A stretch of 64,000 nt of DNA, taken from positions 9,335 to 73,334 of the forward strand of contig JAHELW010000002.1 in assembly GCA_024643985.1 (NCBI GenBank), written 5' to 3'. This document shows, piece after piece, positions 8,010-17,283 of the stretch (within the stretch, counting starts at the first letter, position 1; each line of letters begins with the position of its first letter). The position numbers and the translations under genes are program-made. The stretch comes from Myxococcales bacterium. GTDB taxonomy: Bacteria; Myxococcota_A; Polyangia; Polyangiales; Houyiibacteriaceae. The notes below the pieces were generated by a model, which did no database searches, had not been told where the DNA came from, and saw only the letters and a program-made list of their open reading frames with translations.

Positions 8010-10646
8010 CTACTCAATTTCCATCGCGCGACTACTCAAAACGCCACCGCGCCACAGCTCGGAGAGCGCCTGACGGCCCCGCAGTCCGAGCTTTCGGTAG
8101 ACGCTGCGAAGATGGTTGTCGACGGTGCGCGTGGAGACGAACAGCTCGCGAGCGACCTGTGGGCTCGTGAGCTTCCGCCCCGCCACCAGCGCGGCGATCT
8201 CGTGCTCGCGCTCCGAGAGCGCAGTTGGCCGCGCCGCCAACGGAGGCGTTTGCGGGTTCCCGCATTCGCGCTGCCAGATGGTCGATACCGTCGCCGCGCG
8301 ATGGGCGGCCTGGTCGTCCCCGCGCTCTTGGAACCGATCGGCGGCCTGCGCCATCGCTTCGGCGCCCAGCAGGCGTGCGCCGCACTGTCTGAGCATCCTG
8401 CCGGCCGCTTCCACCGCTTCGGCGTCCCCCGCTTCGAGCGCGCTCGCGTGTGCGGCCATGGCGCTCAGATACGCCGCACCCTCGGTCGTTGCTTCCGTCT
8501 CGCCGAGCCGCGCCGCCACCCGCTCCGGCGCGCCGAGCCGCACGCAGTCGTGAAGCACTTCGAAGCCCCAGAGGACATGCGTCGCCTGGAGCGCCCGCGT
8601 GCCGGTCTCCGCCAGGATCTCCACGGCCTGCTCGACGTCGCCCGCACAGAACGCAAGCCAGCCACGGGCTCGGCCGAACCTCGTCAGGTAACGCGCATCC
8701 GGTCCGAGGGCCTGTTGCTCGGCCAATTCGAGAAGGCGCTCGGCCTCGTCGCGCTCGCCCACCATGGCACGCGCGGCCGATTCGACTCCCAGGAACATCG
8801 GATCCGTTCGAAAGGGATCGAACTTACCCATGTGGCGCTGGTTCTCGCGAAAGACCGCGAGCGCTTCGGGTACGAAACCGGCTTGAAGCAACACCTCGCC
8901 ATGCTCGCCGCCCCAGACCGCCACCAGATTGTCCTCTAAGCGCGCACGCTCGTGACCGGCCGCCGCCGCGTCGACGGCTCGATCGATTTGTCCGAGCGCC
9001 GTCAAGCCAAACGCGTGATTCAAGCCGATTTGAAGTGGCGACATCGGCACGTCTGCACGATGGGCGTCTGCCAGCTCGAGGGCTTCGGAGATGTGGTCTT
9101 CGAAATCACCGAGTCGACCACGCATCGCCTGCGCCAGCGTGTAGGAAACGTGAACCTTGAGCCGGATTGCGGGTGGAATTCCTTTCTTCGCGAGGAGCGG
9201 GCGCCCGACCTCTAAAACCGAATCGAAGTCGCCGACGAGCGCATTGATCAGGGCGCGGTCGGCGTGAAGCGCGGTGGCATGCGGCTCCGCAAGCGACTCG
9301 GCCATGGTCGAAAGGACCTCTTTGGCTCGCTGAAGTTGCCCGAGGCCGAACGCGAGATTCATCGCACGCGCCCACGTCAGGCGGGCCGCGGCATCGGGAT
9401 GGTTGGGGGGGATGCTCGCTTTCGCGAAAGCACGCTCAGCGTCGTCCGGACGCTGCTGAGCAAAGAGCGCCCGAGCCCGGAGCACTTGCGTCATCCAGGA
9501 GTCGTCGTGTCGGGCAGCTTCGTCGGCGAAACGCTCGGCGAGCACTCCGTCGCAGGCCGCGAGGGCGTGCTTCGCGCCCGCGATCGCGAGCTCGGCCGGG
9601 CAACAGTCCGCCTCCAGTCGAAGCGTGGCTGCCTGGAGCTCGATCGCCGGCGTGAGCCGCGACGACTGAAGCAGCGCATCCGCAAGCCGCACCTTCACGT
9701 TCCGGATGCGTTCTTCGCTCATGTTCGAGCGCGTCACTTCGCCATAGAGCGGATGGGCCAGCTCGACGAAATCTTCTCGACGGACGATGAGCTCCGCCCG
9801 GTGAAGCTCGCTGAGGCGCTCGTCCGTGTCGAGTCGGCCGACCGCATCGCTCGGCAGCGGGCTTCCGACTGCGAGCTCGCGAAACAACTGAAGTCCCTCA
9901 CCGCTCAACGACGCGATTCGCGCGTCGGTGAGGTCGATCAGTCCAGGAAGCGATCCGAACTCCCCCTCGGTAACCCAGACGCCATCTCGCTGACACAAAG
10001 TTCCAGCGTGCTTGCCGTGAAAGAGGAGCTCTTTCAGAAGGAGCGGGCTGCCACCCGCGAGCCGAATGATCGTACGCTTCGTCTCCGGGGTCGTGGGACC
10101 GAGCACCCCGTCCACGATCGCGCCGACCGCTCGATCGTCGAGCCCGTCAACGACGATCGGCTCGAAGCGTTGATTCCCGATCAGCGCTCGCCACGCGTCG
10201 GGCATCGGGTCAGTCGTTCGCATCGTGAGGATTAGAAATGCATCGCCCGTCTTCGCGAGGAGCTCGAGCAACGCAAGCGAGCCATCCTCCAGGCGATGCC
10301 CGTCGTCGACGAGCACGGCCAAGCGTCGAGATCCAGCGCGACGCTTGAGCTCGAGCCGAACCGTCTGCAAGAGCTGAAGCCGGTCTTCGACCTCTGAGGA
10401 GGGAACGAGATGCGCGAAGGGGCCAAACGGCACCGAGCGCATTGCCAAGCTGCCCGCGGTCGTCTCGACGTGAAACCCGAACCGCGGGTCCGCCGCCCGT
10501 TGCACGACTTCGGCGGCCAGACGGCTTTTGCCTACCCCGGCGGGGCCCGACAGAAGCAGACCTGCCAGCCCAGAATCCTGGGCATCGAGTAGTCGCTCCG
10601 CTCGTTCGAGCTCCGCTTCGCGTCCAACCAGCGTCCACTCGACCAC
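8010..10646 (-). CDS. LAL-type (MalT-like) LuxR-family transcriptional regulator with N-terminal ATPase
   Basis: Walker A SGPAGVGKS near the N-terminus, a long helical/TPR-like middle, and a C-terminal LuxR HTH LSEREHEIAALVAGRKLTSPQVARELFVSTRTVDNHLRSVYRKLGL. Confidence 0.9.
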   Translation of the reverse strand: MVEWTLVGREAELERAERLLDAQDSGLAGLLLSGPAGVGKSRLAAEVVQRAADPRFGFHVETTAGSLAMRSVPFGPFAHLVPSSEVEDRLQLLQTVRLELKRRAGSRRLAVLVDDGHRLEDGSLALLELLAKTGDAFLILTMRTTDPMPDAWRALIGNQRFEPIVVDGLDDRAVGAIVDGVLGPTTPETKRTIIRLAGGSPLLLKELLFHGKHAGTLCQRDGVWVTEGEFGSLPGLIDLTDARIASLSGEGLQLFRELAVGSPLPSDAVGRLDTDERLSELHRAELIVRREDFVELAHPLYGEVTRSNMSEERIRNVKVRLADALLQSSRLTPAIELQAATLRLEADCCPAELAIAGAKHALAACDGVLAERFADEAARHDDSWMTQVLRARALFAQQRPDDAERAFAKASIPPNHPDAAARLTWARAMNLAFGLGQLQRAKEVLSTMAESLAEPHATALHADRALINALVGDFDSVLEVGRPLLAKKGIPPAIRLKVHVSYTLAQAMRGRLGDFEDHISEALELADAHRADVPMSPLQIGLNHAFGLTALGQIDRAVDAAAAGHERARLEDNLVAVWGGEHGEVLLQAGFVPEALAVFRENQRHMGKFDPFRTDPMFLGVESAARAMVGERDEAERLLELAEQQALGPDARYLTRFGRARGWLAFCAGDVEQAVEILAETGTRALQATHVLWGFEVLHDCVRLGAPERVAARLGETEATTEGAAYLSAMAAHASALEAGDAEAVEAAGRMLRQCGARLLGAEAMAQAADRFQERGDDQAAHRAATVSTIWQRECGNPQTPPLAARPTALSEREHEIAALVAGRKLTSPQVARELFVSTRTVDNHLRSVYRKLGLRGRQALSELWRGGVLSSRAMEIE

Positions 10647-10713
10647 CGACTGATGATACCCGCGAGCCCTGGCTTGTCAGCACGGACCGCGGAACCTCAG
10701 CAAATTCGGCAGC

Positions 10714-12414
10714 CTACTCGAAGCGACTCGACCAAATGCTGACTCGGGTTCCGTCCGATTGTTCCCAGACGGCCACCGCGGTGCCCCTCGGGCTGAGTGC
10801 CACCTGCGGGTTCTCCGCGTCTCCTGCGTTGTTGATCTCGATGAGCTCGGCGGTGCCCCAGCCTGAGGTCGCATTGAACCGGTTGGCCCAGATGCTGGTG
10901 CGCTGGCCATCGGACTGCTGCCAGACGGCGAGCCCATTGCCGTTTGGGTCCACGGCCACCTGGGGGTTGTTCGCGTCTCCTGCGCCCATTTCGATCAGCT
11001 CCGCGGTGCCCCACCCTTCGGTTGGGGTGAAGCGGTTGGCCCAGATGTTGAAGCGCGCGCCGTCCGAAAGGGTCCAGATGGCGAGCGCATTGCCTCCGGG
11101 ATTGACGGTCACTCGAGCCGCGCCCGCATTGCCCGACACCATTTCGATCAGCGCCGCGGTGCTCCAGCCTTCGTTCGGAGTGAAGCGGTTGGCCCAGACG
11201 TTGGAACGAATACCGTCCGATTGTGTCCAGACGGCGACTGCGTTGCCGTTGGAATCCATGGACACATGGGGATTGCTGGCGCTTCCCGCGTTGTTGATTT
11301 CAACGAGCTCCGCGGTGCGCCATCCCTCGCCCGGGGTGAAGCGGTTGGCCCAGATGTTGGAGCGTGTGCCGTCCGATTGCGCCCAGACGGCAACTGCTGT
11401 TCCGCTGGGATCGATAGCCACTCGAGGGTTTGAGGCGCCTCCATCGTTGGTCTCGACGAGCTCTGCCGCCATCCAACCGCTGCCTGGCATGAACCGGTTC
11501 CCCCAGACGTTGAGACGATTCTCGAATTGGATCCAGACCGCGACGGCGTTGCCGGCCGGATCGACCGCTACGTGCGGAAAGCGCGCGGTGTCCATGTCGT
11601 TCACTTCCAGGAGGGAGGCCCCGCTCCAGCCGGTGTTTGCCGCGAATCGGTTGGCCCAGATGTGGCCTCGGGCATCGAGGCCGTCACCCTCGAATCCCGA
11701 CCAGATCGCGACCGCACTGCCGTCAGCACCGACGTCGACTTGGTGGTCCGTCGCACTTCCTGTGGCCTCGCCGTCGACCGGCTCGACTCCTAGCCACCCG
11801 GGGCCAGCTTCGAACCGGTTGGCCCGGACGGCGATTCGGTCTCCTTCCCTTTGCCCCCAGACCGCCACCGCGCCGCCATCCGCGGAGACGCCCACCTGTG
11901 GATCGCTGGCGTCTTCGGAGTCGTCGAACTCGATCAAGTCGGGGGTGTCCAGCCAAGCCCCATCACGCGTGCTGAAGCTCCACGTTTGACTCGCCTCGAG
12001 CGCATCGCCCGAAACGCTCTCGATGCCCGTGGTGAGCGTGACGGTGTACGAGCCCAGCAGCCCGAGCTCCTCGGCCGTGCGATAGGTCGCGATGGTTCCG
12101 TCCACCTCGACCGTGCCTTCCACGTCCGCCCCGTCGCCGCGGGTCAGTCGGAAGCTGCTCGTCGTCACGGTCGCTTCGTTCAATGCAGCATCGAACTCGG
12201 CCGTCACGACGACGTCGGTCGAGACCTCGCTCGCCATGTCGGCGGGTGTCGTCTGGAGCAACTGCAGGCTCGTGCCGGCGCCACCGGTGCCGCCGCTCCC
12301 GCCGTCGCCACCATTTCCAGCGGCGCCATTCTCGGCGTCGCCTCCGCAACCGAACAACCCGATCAGGCCCAACATCGACCAGCTCACGACGACTGCTTTG
12401 CTTCGCATCGACAC
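10714..12414 (-). CDS. Lipoprotein with SbsA-Ig-like domain followed by about 8 tandem WANRF/GW repeats (beta-propeller-like)
   Basis: LIGLFGC lipobox and a GGSGG linker. Ig-like region TPADMASEV...TVTLTTGIESVSGDAL. Then repeated units of the form NPxVAxDxxGNAxAVWxQSDGxRxxIWANRFxxxxGW. Confidence 0.8.
   Translation of the reverse strand: MSMRSKAVVVSWSMLGLIGLFGCGGDAENGAAGNGGDGGSGGTGGAGTSLQLLQTTPADMASEVSTDVVVTAEFDAALNEATVTTSSFRLTRGDGADVEGTVEVDGTIATYRTAEELGLLGSYTVTLTTGIESVSGDALEASQTWSFSTRDGAWLDTPDLIEFDDSEDASDPQVGVSADGGAVAVWGQREGDRIAVRANRFEAGPGWLGVEPVDGEATGSATDHQVDVGADGSAVAIWSGFEGDGLDARGHIWANRFAANTGWSGASLLEVNDMDTARFPHVAVDPAGNAVAVWIQFENRLNVWGNRFMPGSGWMAAELVETNDGGASNPRVAIDPSGTAVAVWAQSDGTRSNIWANRFTPGEGWRTAELVEINNAGSASNPHVSMDSNGNAVAVWTQSDGIRSNVWANRFTPNEGWSTAALIEMVSGNAGAARVTVNPGGNALAIWTLSDGARFNIWANRFTPTEGWGTAELIEMGAGDANNPQVAVDPNGNGLAVWQQSDGQRTSIWANRFNATSGWGTAELIEINNAGDAENPQVALSPRGTAVAVWEQSDGTRVSIWSSRFE
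10717..11964. repeat. Coding tandem repeats (about 140-155 nt period) inside the 10714-12414 CDS
   Basis: Recurrent DNA blocks encode ...AVW.QSDG.R..IWANRF....GW.TAELIE... . ANRF/GNRF occurs 7 times, plus a terminal SSRFE. Confidence 0.8.
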
Positions 12415-12462
12415 CTCGAAAGGAGGCTACAACAGCAGTGCTGCGCCTGGGCCATCGCCGGT

Positions 12463-12535
12463 CTACTCAATTTGCGGAACCCGCCTACTCAAAATCACGC
12501 AGTCGAGCCAAAGCCCGAAGCCGAGGCGGTAGGGT
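12463..12535 (-). pseudogene. Relic of the 3' end of a second LuxR/LAL-family gene
   Basis: The minus-strand translation PYRLGFGLWLDCVILSRRVPQIE* aligns with the end of the 8010-10646 protein (VYRKLGLRGRQALSELWRGGVLSSRAMEIE*). The DNA motif CTACTCAATTT-N11-CTACTCAAAA is shared with 8010-8042. Similarity continues just past the stop. Confidence 0.45.
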
Positions 12536-12541
12536 CTCGGC

Positions 12542-13216
12542 ATGGCGAACCAAACGACTCGGCGGTACCCCATTCTCACAGCCCTGTTCATCGCATTCGC
12601 TCTGAGCATCACCGGCTGCAGCGATGACCCTGGCGGCGCAGCGGGTAGCGGCGGCGGCGGCGGCGATGGAGGCAGCGGCGGTACGGCAGGCGTCGGTGGG
12701 AGCGGCGGCGCGGGCGGGGGTCTCGGTCCCGGTCCGATCGGCTTCGTCAGGGGCGACGAGGGCTCGGCCCTCACACTTTCCCGCCCCGACGGCTCGGACG
12801 AAGAGATCGGGTTCAACGTGCTCTTCGGCTGGCTCAACGGGCAGCACTTGAACTTCGACTACTACAAGCAGCTCCGCATCGGCACCACGATCGGCACGAT
12901 GGACCTTCGCATGAGCTTCCCAGGAGACGCGTCACCCGATGGCTTGATCGAAGGGCTGCACGAGCTCCGCCCAAACCGCTTGCGCCTCGAACAAACCGGC
13001 GATCTGGAAGAGCTACAGGTCGAGATCTACTTTCAAAACAGCGATCCCCCGTTTGATCCCCTGACCAACGCGATGGGCACCGTCGAGATCTTCCTCGACG
13101 TCGACAACGGCATCTCGATCTACGACATCGCGGGCGAAGTCGATCTCACCCTCGTCGGTGACGGCGGCGTCTACACGATCACCGGGTACTTCTGGGCTCG
13201 AGAAATCGAGCCCTAA
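12542..13216 (+). CDS. Hypothetical lipoprotein with Gly-rich linker
   Basis: MANQTTRRYPILTALFIAFALSITGC lipobox, then a GGAAGSGGGGGDGGSGGTAGVGGSGGAGGG linker and a globular domain of unknown family. Confidence 0.7.
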   Translation: MANQTTRRYPILTALFIAFALSITGCSDDPGGAAGSGGGGGDGGSGGTAGVGGSGGAGGGLGPGPIGFVRGDEGSALTLSRPDGSDEEIGFNVLFGWLNGQHLNFDYYKQLRIGTTIGTMDLRMSFPGDASPDGLIEGLHELRPNRLRLEQTGDLEELQVEIYFQNSDPPFDPLTNAMGTVEIFLDVDNGISIYDIAGEVDLTLVGDGGVYTITGYFWAREIEP

Positions 13217-13407
13217 CGCCCCGGGAAACCCGCGGCGCGCAAGCGAACGCTCAGACACCCCTGTCATAGCCCGACAGCGATGTCCTAGTCCCGCGGGGTG
13301 CGGATTCGGCGTTTGCTTCGTGATTTCAGCGATGCGTGATTTGGCACGCGGCCTGCACATGGGCGCGGCCGAAACACGCGGCACTTCGTCTTGCCGCACT
13401 ACCGGGT

Positions 13408-13445
13408 CCCCGCGGGAGATGGTGCCCGCGGGGGCCTCCTTTTAC
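13408..13445 (+). terminator. GC-rich hairpin plus T-run between convergent genes
   Basis: CCCCGCGGG (13408-13416), an 8-nt loop, CCCGCGGGG (13425-13433), followed by CCTCCTTTTAC. It may serve either convergent gene. Confidence 0.35.
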
Positions 13446-13454
13446 TATGGCTTG

Positions 13455-14267
13455 CTACGGATCGTCACACTGCATGTTGCCCCAGCCGATGTGCAGTGCT
13501 CGCACCGGAACACGGATTTGGTTGGCGGCGGTGCCGGGCCACGCAATGCCCGGGCTGCAGTTCGTCGCGGTACCGCCGAACTCGACTACGTGGGTTCCGG
13601 GCCCGACCTCGTAGTGGCCGCCGCGACCACAGTTAGTTGTCGCCGCGAGCTCGCGGTGCGCCACACATTCCGCATCCATGTAGTAGCCTTCCGTCGTTTC
13701 GTTGAGGACCTTCCAAGTCACACCCGGTTGGCGGGGGCTTACCCCGAGCGCCAGCAGCCCAAACGAATCCGACGGCCAGGTCAGCCCGATTCGCTGGAAC
13801 TCTGCCTCCATGAGTGCGTCGCTGATCATCGGCCACGTACCAGTAATCGCGGGCGGGTCGCTGACATCACCGACGAAATACGGAACGTAGCCAGCGATCG
13901 ATAGCGTGTACGTCACCTCTTGGTTGGCAGGCACCATGATCGACGCAAAGCCCAACGCGTTCGTGGTCGAGCAGTTCGTCGTATCGGCTTCGCAGAGCTC
14001 CACTTCCTCGAAGGGTGGGCCCCCGAAGAGCATGTCATCAATACTCGGCGCCCTGGTGACAATCGCACTCAGCAGCACCGTGTCACCGCTACCACCCGTG
14101 CCACCCGTTCCCCCGGCGCCCGCGCTTCCACCCGCGGCTCCGCTCCCGGCTTCGCCGCCGCTTCCTGCGTCGCCCCCGCTTCCACCCCCGCTGCTCGCAT
14201 CATCGCTGCATCCCGTCGGCCACGCGATCAGCGCGGCGCACAGCACGCTCCCTATCAGGCGTTCCAT
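13455..14267 (-). CDS. Hypothetical lipoprotein with Gly-rich linker
   Basis: MERLIGSVLCAALIAWPTGC lipobox, a GGGSGGDAGSGGEAGSG... linker, and a Cys-containing globular domain. No family recognised. Confidence 0.7.
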   Translation of the reverse strand: MERLIGSVLCAALIAWPTGCSDDASSGGGSGGDAGSGGEAGSGAAGGSAGAGGTGGTGGSGDTVLLSAIVTRAPSIDDMLFGGPPFEEVELCEADTTNCSTTNALGFASIMVPANQEVTYTLSIAGYVPYFVGDVSDPPAITGTWPMISDALMEAEFQRIGLTWPSDSFGLLALGVSPRQPGVTWKVLNETTEGYYMDAECVAHRELAATTNCGRGGHYEVGPGTHVVEFGGTATNCSPGIAWPGTAANQIRVPVRALHIGWGNMQCDDP

Positions 14268-14478
14268 GGGAACCTCCTCTCCACCATTCAGGCGAGGTCA
14301 CGACGCTACGCCTCGTGCAAGTCCCCGAAAATACGTAATTGTTTCACCCCAACCGAGCCCCGTATGTCCCCGATTCCGCAACGCTACGAGACCGCTGTAT
14401 TTTATGACCGCAGAGTCCCGTTTTGGGGAGACGCGCCTGCGGACGAAGAAAAAACGCGCACGCCCCCAGTCGCGGAGC

Positions 14479-16158
14479 CTAAAAACGCGAGGCTGCGATC
14501 TCGACGTCGGCGTACCGCCACGCTTCTTCGAACCTGCGCTCGACTTCCGAAGCCTCGGCGTCCTTGCCCTGCGCGCGGAGACTTTGCGCCAAGCCGTAGA
14601 GCGACCAGCCGTTTTCGGGGAAGCGCGCCAAGTCCTCGCGGTAGACCTTCTCTGCCGCGCGCGCACGCCCGTCTTCGAGCAGGATCGCACCGAGGTTGTG
14701 CCGCACCGGGTAGAACCAGTCCGGCGGCTCGCCGTAGATCAAGCGGTCTTCGATCGCGATGGCCTTTCGAAGCTGCGCAACGGCGGTGTTGATGTCTTGC
14801 TTCGAAGCCGCGATCTCCGCTCGGAGCACGGCCGCCGCGATCTTCGCGAGCGACGAGGTCGGGTTCAGCCCCCAGATGCGAATCTGCTGAAGCGCGGGGT
14901 TCGCGGCAATGGCGCGCACGCGGGCCAGCTCCTCTTCGGCCTCGCGGACCTTCTCCTGACGCACGAGCGCGATCCCACGCGCGTAGTGCCAGACAGCGGT
15001 CGGATAGAGCAGGTCCGCCTCGGGCGGAGGCTCCTGCAAAATCTCCTCCCACTTTCCAAACCGGACGAGCGCGTAATACGGAATCGCCGAAAAGTGCTGC
15101 AGCATCGCCAGCTGCGGGTCGCGTAAAAGAGAACGATCGACGTGCGCGGCGGTGTGCCGGGCCGCTGCAATCGAATCCGCGCTCCGTCCTTCCATGGTGG
15201 TCGTCGCCCAGAGGAAGTGATGGTTGTGCGGGGCGTAGGCCACCGGGTAGATCCCCTGCGCCCGGCACTGGGTCACGTAGTCGTTGTCGGCTTCGATCGC
15301 GCGCTCGTTCGAAAGCGAGCCGTCGTGATAGCGCCCGACCCGAATGTAGATGTGCGAGGGCATGTGCACGAGATGGCCGGCGCCCGGCACCACGCGCCGA
15401 AGGTTATCGGCAGCCTGCACGCCGCGCTCTGGGTGCTCCTGCTCCACGGCATGGATCAAAAAATGATTGGCGCCCGGATGCTTTGGCTCCCGCTCGAGCA
15501 CGGAGTCGAGCGTCGCGAACACTTCTTTCGTGAGCGGCTTCGGCTCTCCGTCCTCGGTCCAGTAGGCCCACGGCATCGTATCCATCATCGCCTCGGCAAA
15601 GAGGGTTTGAATCTCGATGTCGTCCGGAAAGCGTTTCGCCACGGTGCGCATCGCGTCGGCGTACGCTCGATCGAGCCCGGATCGATCGTCCGGAGGCGTT
15701 GCCTGATACCGGCTTTCGAGCGCCTCGATCAGCGCGCGCTCCTTCTCGCTCGCATGCTCCAGTCGGGCCAACGCTTTTTGGAGCGTCCGATACGCCTTCA
15801 CCTCGCGCTCAGGCGTGGGAATCGGATCGTTGATGTTCGGGCCGAGCGCGAGCGCCGCTCCCCAGAAGCACATCGCGCACGTGTCGTCGAGCCGCGCCGC
15901 TTCGCGAAAAGACCGCTCTGCTTCCAAATGATTGAACCCATACGCCAGCGTCAGCGCCTGATCGAAATACCGCTGCGCGAGCTCCGACTCCGTCGAGATC
16001 GGCCAGTGCAAATCCCCCATACCTTCGAGAAGCGGGGCGGTTCGTTCGGCATCCGGCTGTCCAGCCTTGGCTTCTGGCTTCGGCGCGGGCGTCGAGGCGC
16101 AGCCCCACGCCAGCATCCACGCAAAGCAGGCGGCACCACGCAGCAGGCGAGCATCCAT
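14479..16158 (-). CDS. Secreted tetratricopeptide-repeat protein
   Basis: ATG at 16158 gives MDARLLRGAACFAWMLAWGCAS. TPR-like helices occur throughout (AQRYFDQALTLAYGFNHLEAERSFREAARLD; AEKVYREDLARFPENGWSLYGLAQSLRAQGK). The longer ORF to 16830 overlaps the ADH gene and is shadow sequence. Confidence 0.8.
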   Translation of the reverse strand: MDARLLRGAACFAWMLAWGCASTPAPKPEAKAGQPDAERTAPLLEGMGDLHWPISTESELAQRYFDQALTLAYGFNHLEAERSFREAARLDDTCAMCFWGAALALGPNINDPIPTPEREVKAYRTLQKALARLEHASEKERALIEALESRYQATPPDDRSGLDRAYADAMRTVAKRFPDDIEIQTLFAEAMMDTMPWAYWTEDGEPKPLTKEVFATLDSVLEREPKHPGANHFLIHAVEQEHPERGVQAADNLRRVVPGAGHLVHMPSHIYIRVGRYHDGSLSNERAIEADNDYVTQCRAQGIYPVAYAPHNHHFLWATTTMEGRSADSIAAARHTAAHVDRSLLRDPQLAMLQHFSAIPYYALVRFGKWEEILQEPPPEADLLYPTAVWHYARGIALVRQEKVREAEEELARVRAIAANPALQQIRIWGLNPTSSLAKIAAAVLRAEIAASKQDINTAVAQLRKAIAIEDRLIYGEPPDWFYPVRHNLGAILLEDGRARAAEKVYREDLARFPENGWSLYGLAQSLRAQGKDAEASEVERRFEEAWRYADVEIAASRF

Positions 16159-16263
16159 GGCAACCCTCCGAGCTTTCGTTTTACACCCGCCAAACGGAAA
16201 TCGCATCATCCCTCTTGAGGCTCGCCGTTCCGGCACTAAGACCGATCGCGAAAGGCGGCAAAC

Positions 16264-17271
16264 ATGAAAGCAATGGTGGTGCGCGAGGCGAATGGACCCT
16301 TCGAGCTCGACGAGCGCGACGTTCCCGAGCCGGGGCCGGGTGAAGTTCGCATTAAAGTGGAAGCCTGCGGCATCTGCCACAGCGATGCCTTCGTAAAGTT
16401 CGGTCAGTTCCCAGGGCTTCAGTTTCCCCGCGCACCCGGCCACGAGGTCGCCGGTGTGATCGACGCGGTCGGGGAGGGCGTCGACGTCTTCTCGCCGGGC
16501 GAGCGGGTGGGCGTCGGCTGGCACGGCGGCCACTGCTTCAAATGCGAGCCCTGCCGCCGCGGCGACTTCGTCAACTGCAAGAAGCAGCAGATTTGCGGCA
16601 TCAGCTACGACGGCGGCTACCAGGAGTACATGGTGTGCCCGTGGCACGCGGCCGCGCGCATTCCCGACGCGCTGAGCGCAGTCGACGCAGGGCCACTTTT
16701 GTGCGCCGGCATCACCACCTTCAACGCGCTTCGAAACAGCGGCGCGAGGCCCGGCGACGTCGTCGCCGTGCAAGGCGTCGGCGGCCTCGGTCACCTCGGG
16801 ATTCAATACGCGAGCCGCATGGGCTTTCACACGGTCGCGCTCTCACGCGGCAAAGACAAAGAGGCCCTCGCGCAGAAGCTCGGCGCGCACACGTACATCG
16901 ATGCCAAGGCGCAAGACGAGGTCGAAGAGCTTCGAAAGCTCGGCGGCGCCGACGTCATCCTCGCGACGGCCCCGAGTGGAAAAGCGATCGAAGGCGTCAT
17001 CAACGGCCTCAGCGCCCGCGGCAAGCTCATGCTCGTCGCCGCCGCCCCCGACCCGATCTCGGTCGGCGCGTTCGGCATGCTTTCCGGCAAGCAGATTCAC
17101 GGCTGGCCGAGCGGCACCGCCGTCGAAAGCGAAGACACCATGCGCTTCTCCGCGCTGACCGACGTCCGCCCCCAAATCGAGCGCTTCCCTCTCGAAGGCG
17201 CCAACGAGGCCTTCGCCAAGGTGATGGACAACACGATCCGCTTCCGCGCCGTGCTCGACATGTCGATGTAG
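16264..17271 (+). CDS. Zinc-dependent alcohol dehydrogenase (MDR family)
   Basis: EACGICHSD catalytic zinc motif, GHEVAGVI, structural-zinc Cys cluster CFKCEPCRRGDFVNC, and GVGGLGHLG NAD-binding motif. Confidence 0.9.
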   Translation: MKAMVVREANGPFELDERDVPEPGPGEVRIKVEACGICHSDAFVKFGQFPGLQFPRAPGHEVAGVIDAVGEGVDVFSPGERVGVGWHGGHCFKCEPCRRGDFVNCKKQQICGISYDGGYQEYMVCPWHAAARIPDALSAVDAGPLLCAGITTFNALRNSGARPGDVVAVQGVGGLGHLGIQYASRMGFHTVALSRGKDKEALAQKLGAHTYIDAKAQDEVEELRKLGGADVILATAPSGKAIEGVINGLSARGKLMLVAAAPDPISVGAFGMLSGKQIHGWPSGTAVESEDTMRFSALTDVRPQIERFPLEGANEAFAKVMDNTIRFRAVLDMSM

Positions 17272-17283
17272 CGTCGCGGAACC

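Noticed and set aside
8010-10646. The STAND/AAA-TPR regulator as a candidate Avs-like antiviral NTPase.
   Set aside because: It has the canonical LAL/MalT architecture, ending in a LuxR DNA-binding HTH with no nuclease or other effector domain. The neighbours are lipoproteins, not defense genes.
10717-11964. A regularly spaced DNA repeat that could superficially suggest a CRISPR or VNTR array.
   Set aside because: The repeats are about 140-155 nt, imperfect, in frame, and encode the WANRF/GW protein repeat. There are no short identical repeats with unique spacers.
12630-12730. GC-rich low-complexity tracts (also at 7790-7870, 14090-14200, 27690-27740 and 12270-12340).
   Set aside because: These encode the GGSGG-type linkers that follow lipoprotein signal peptides. 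They are a compositional feature of the proteins, not independent repeats.
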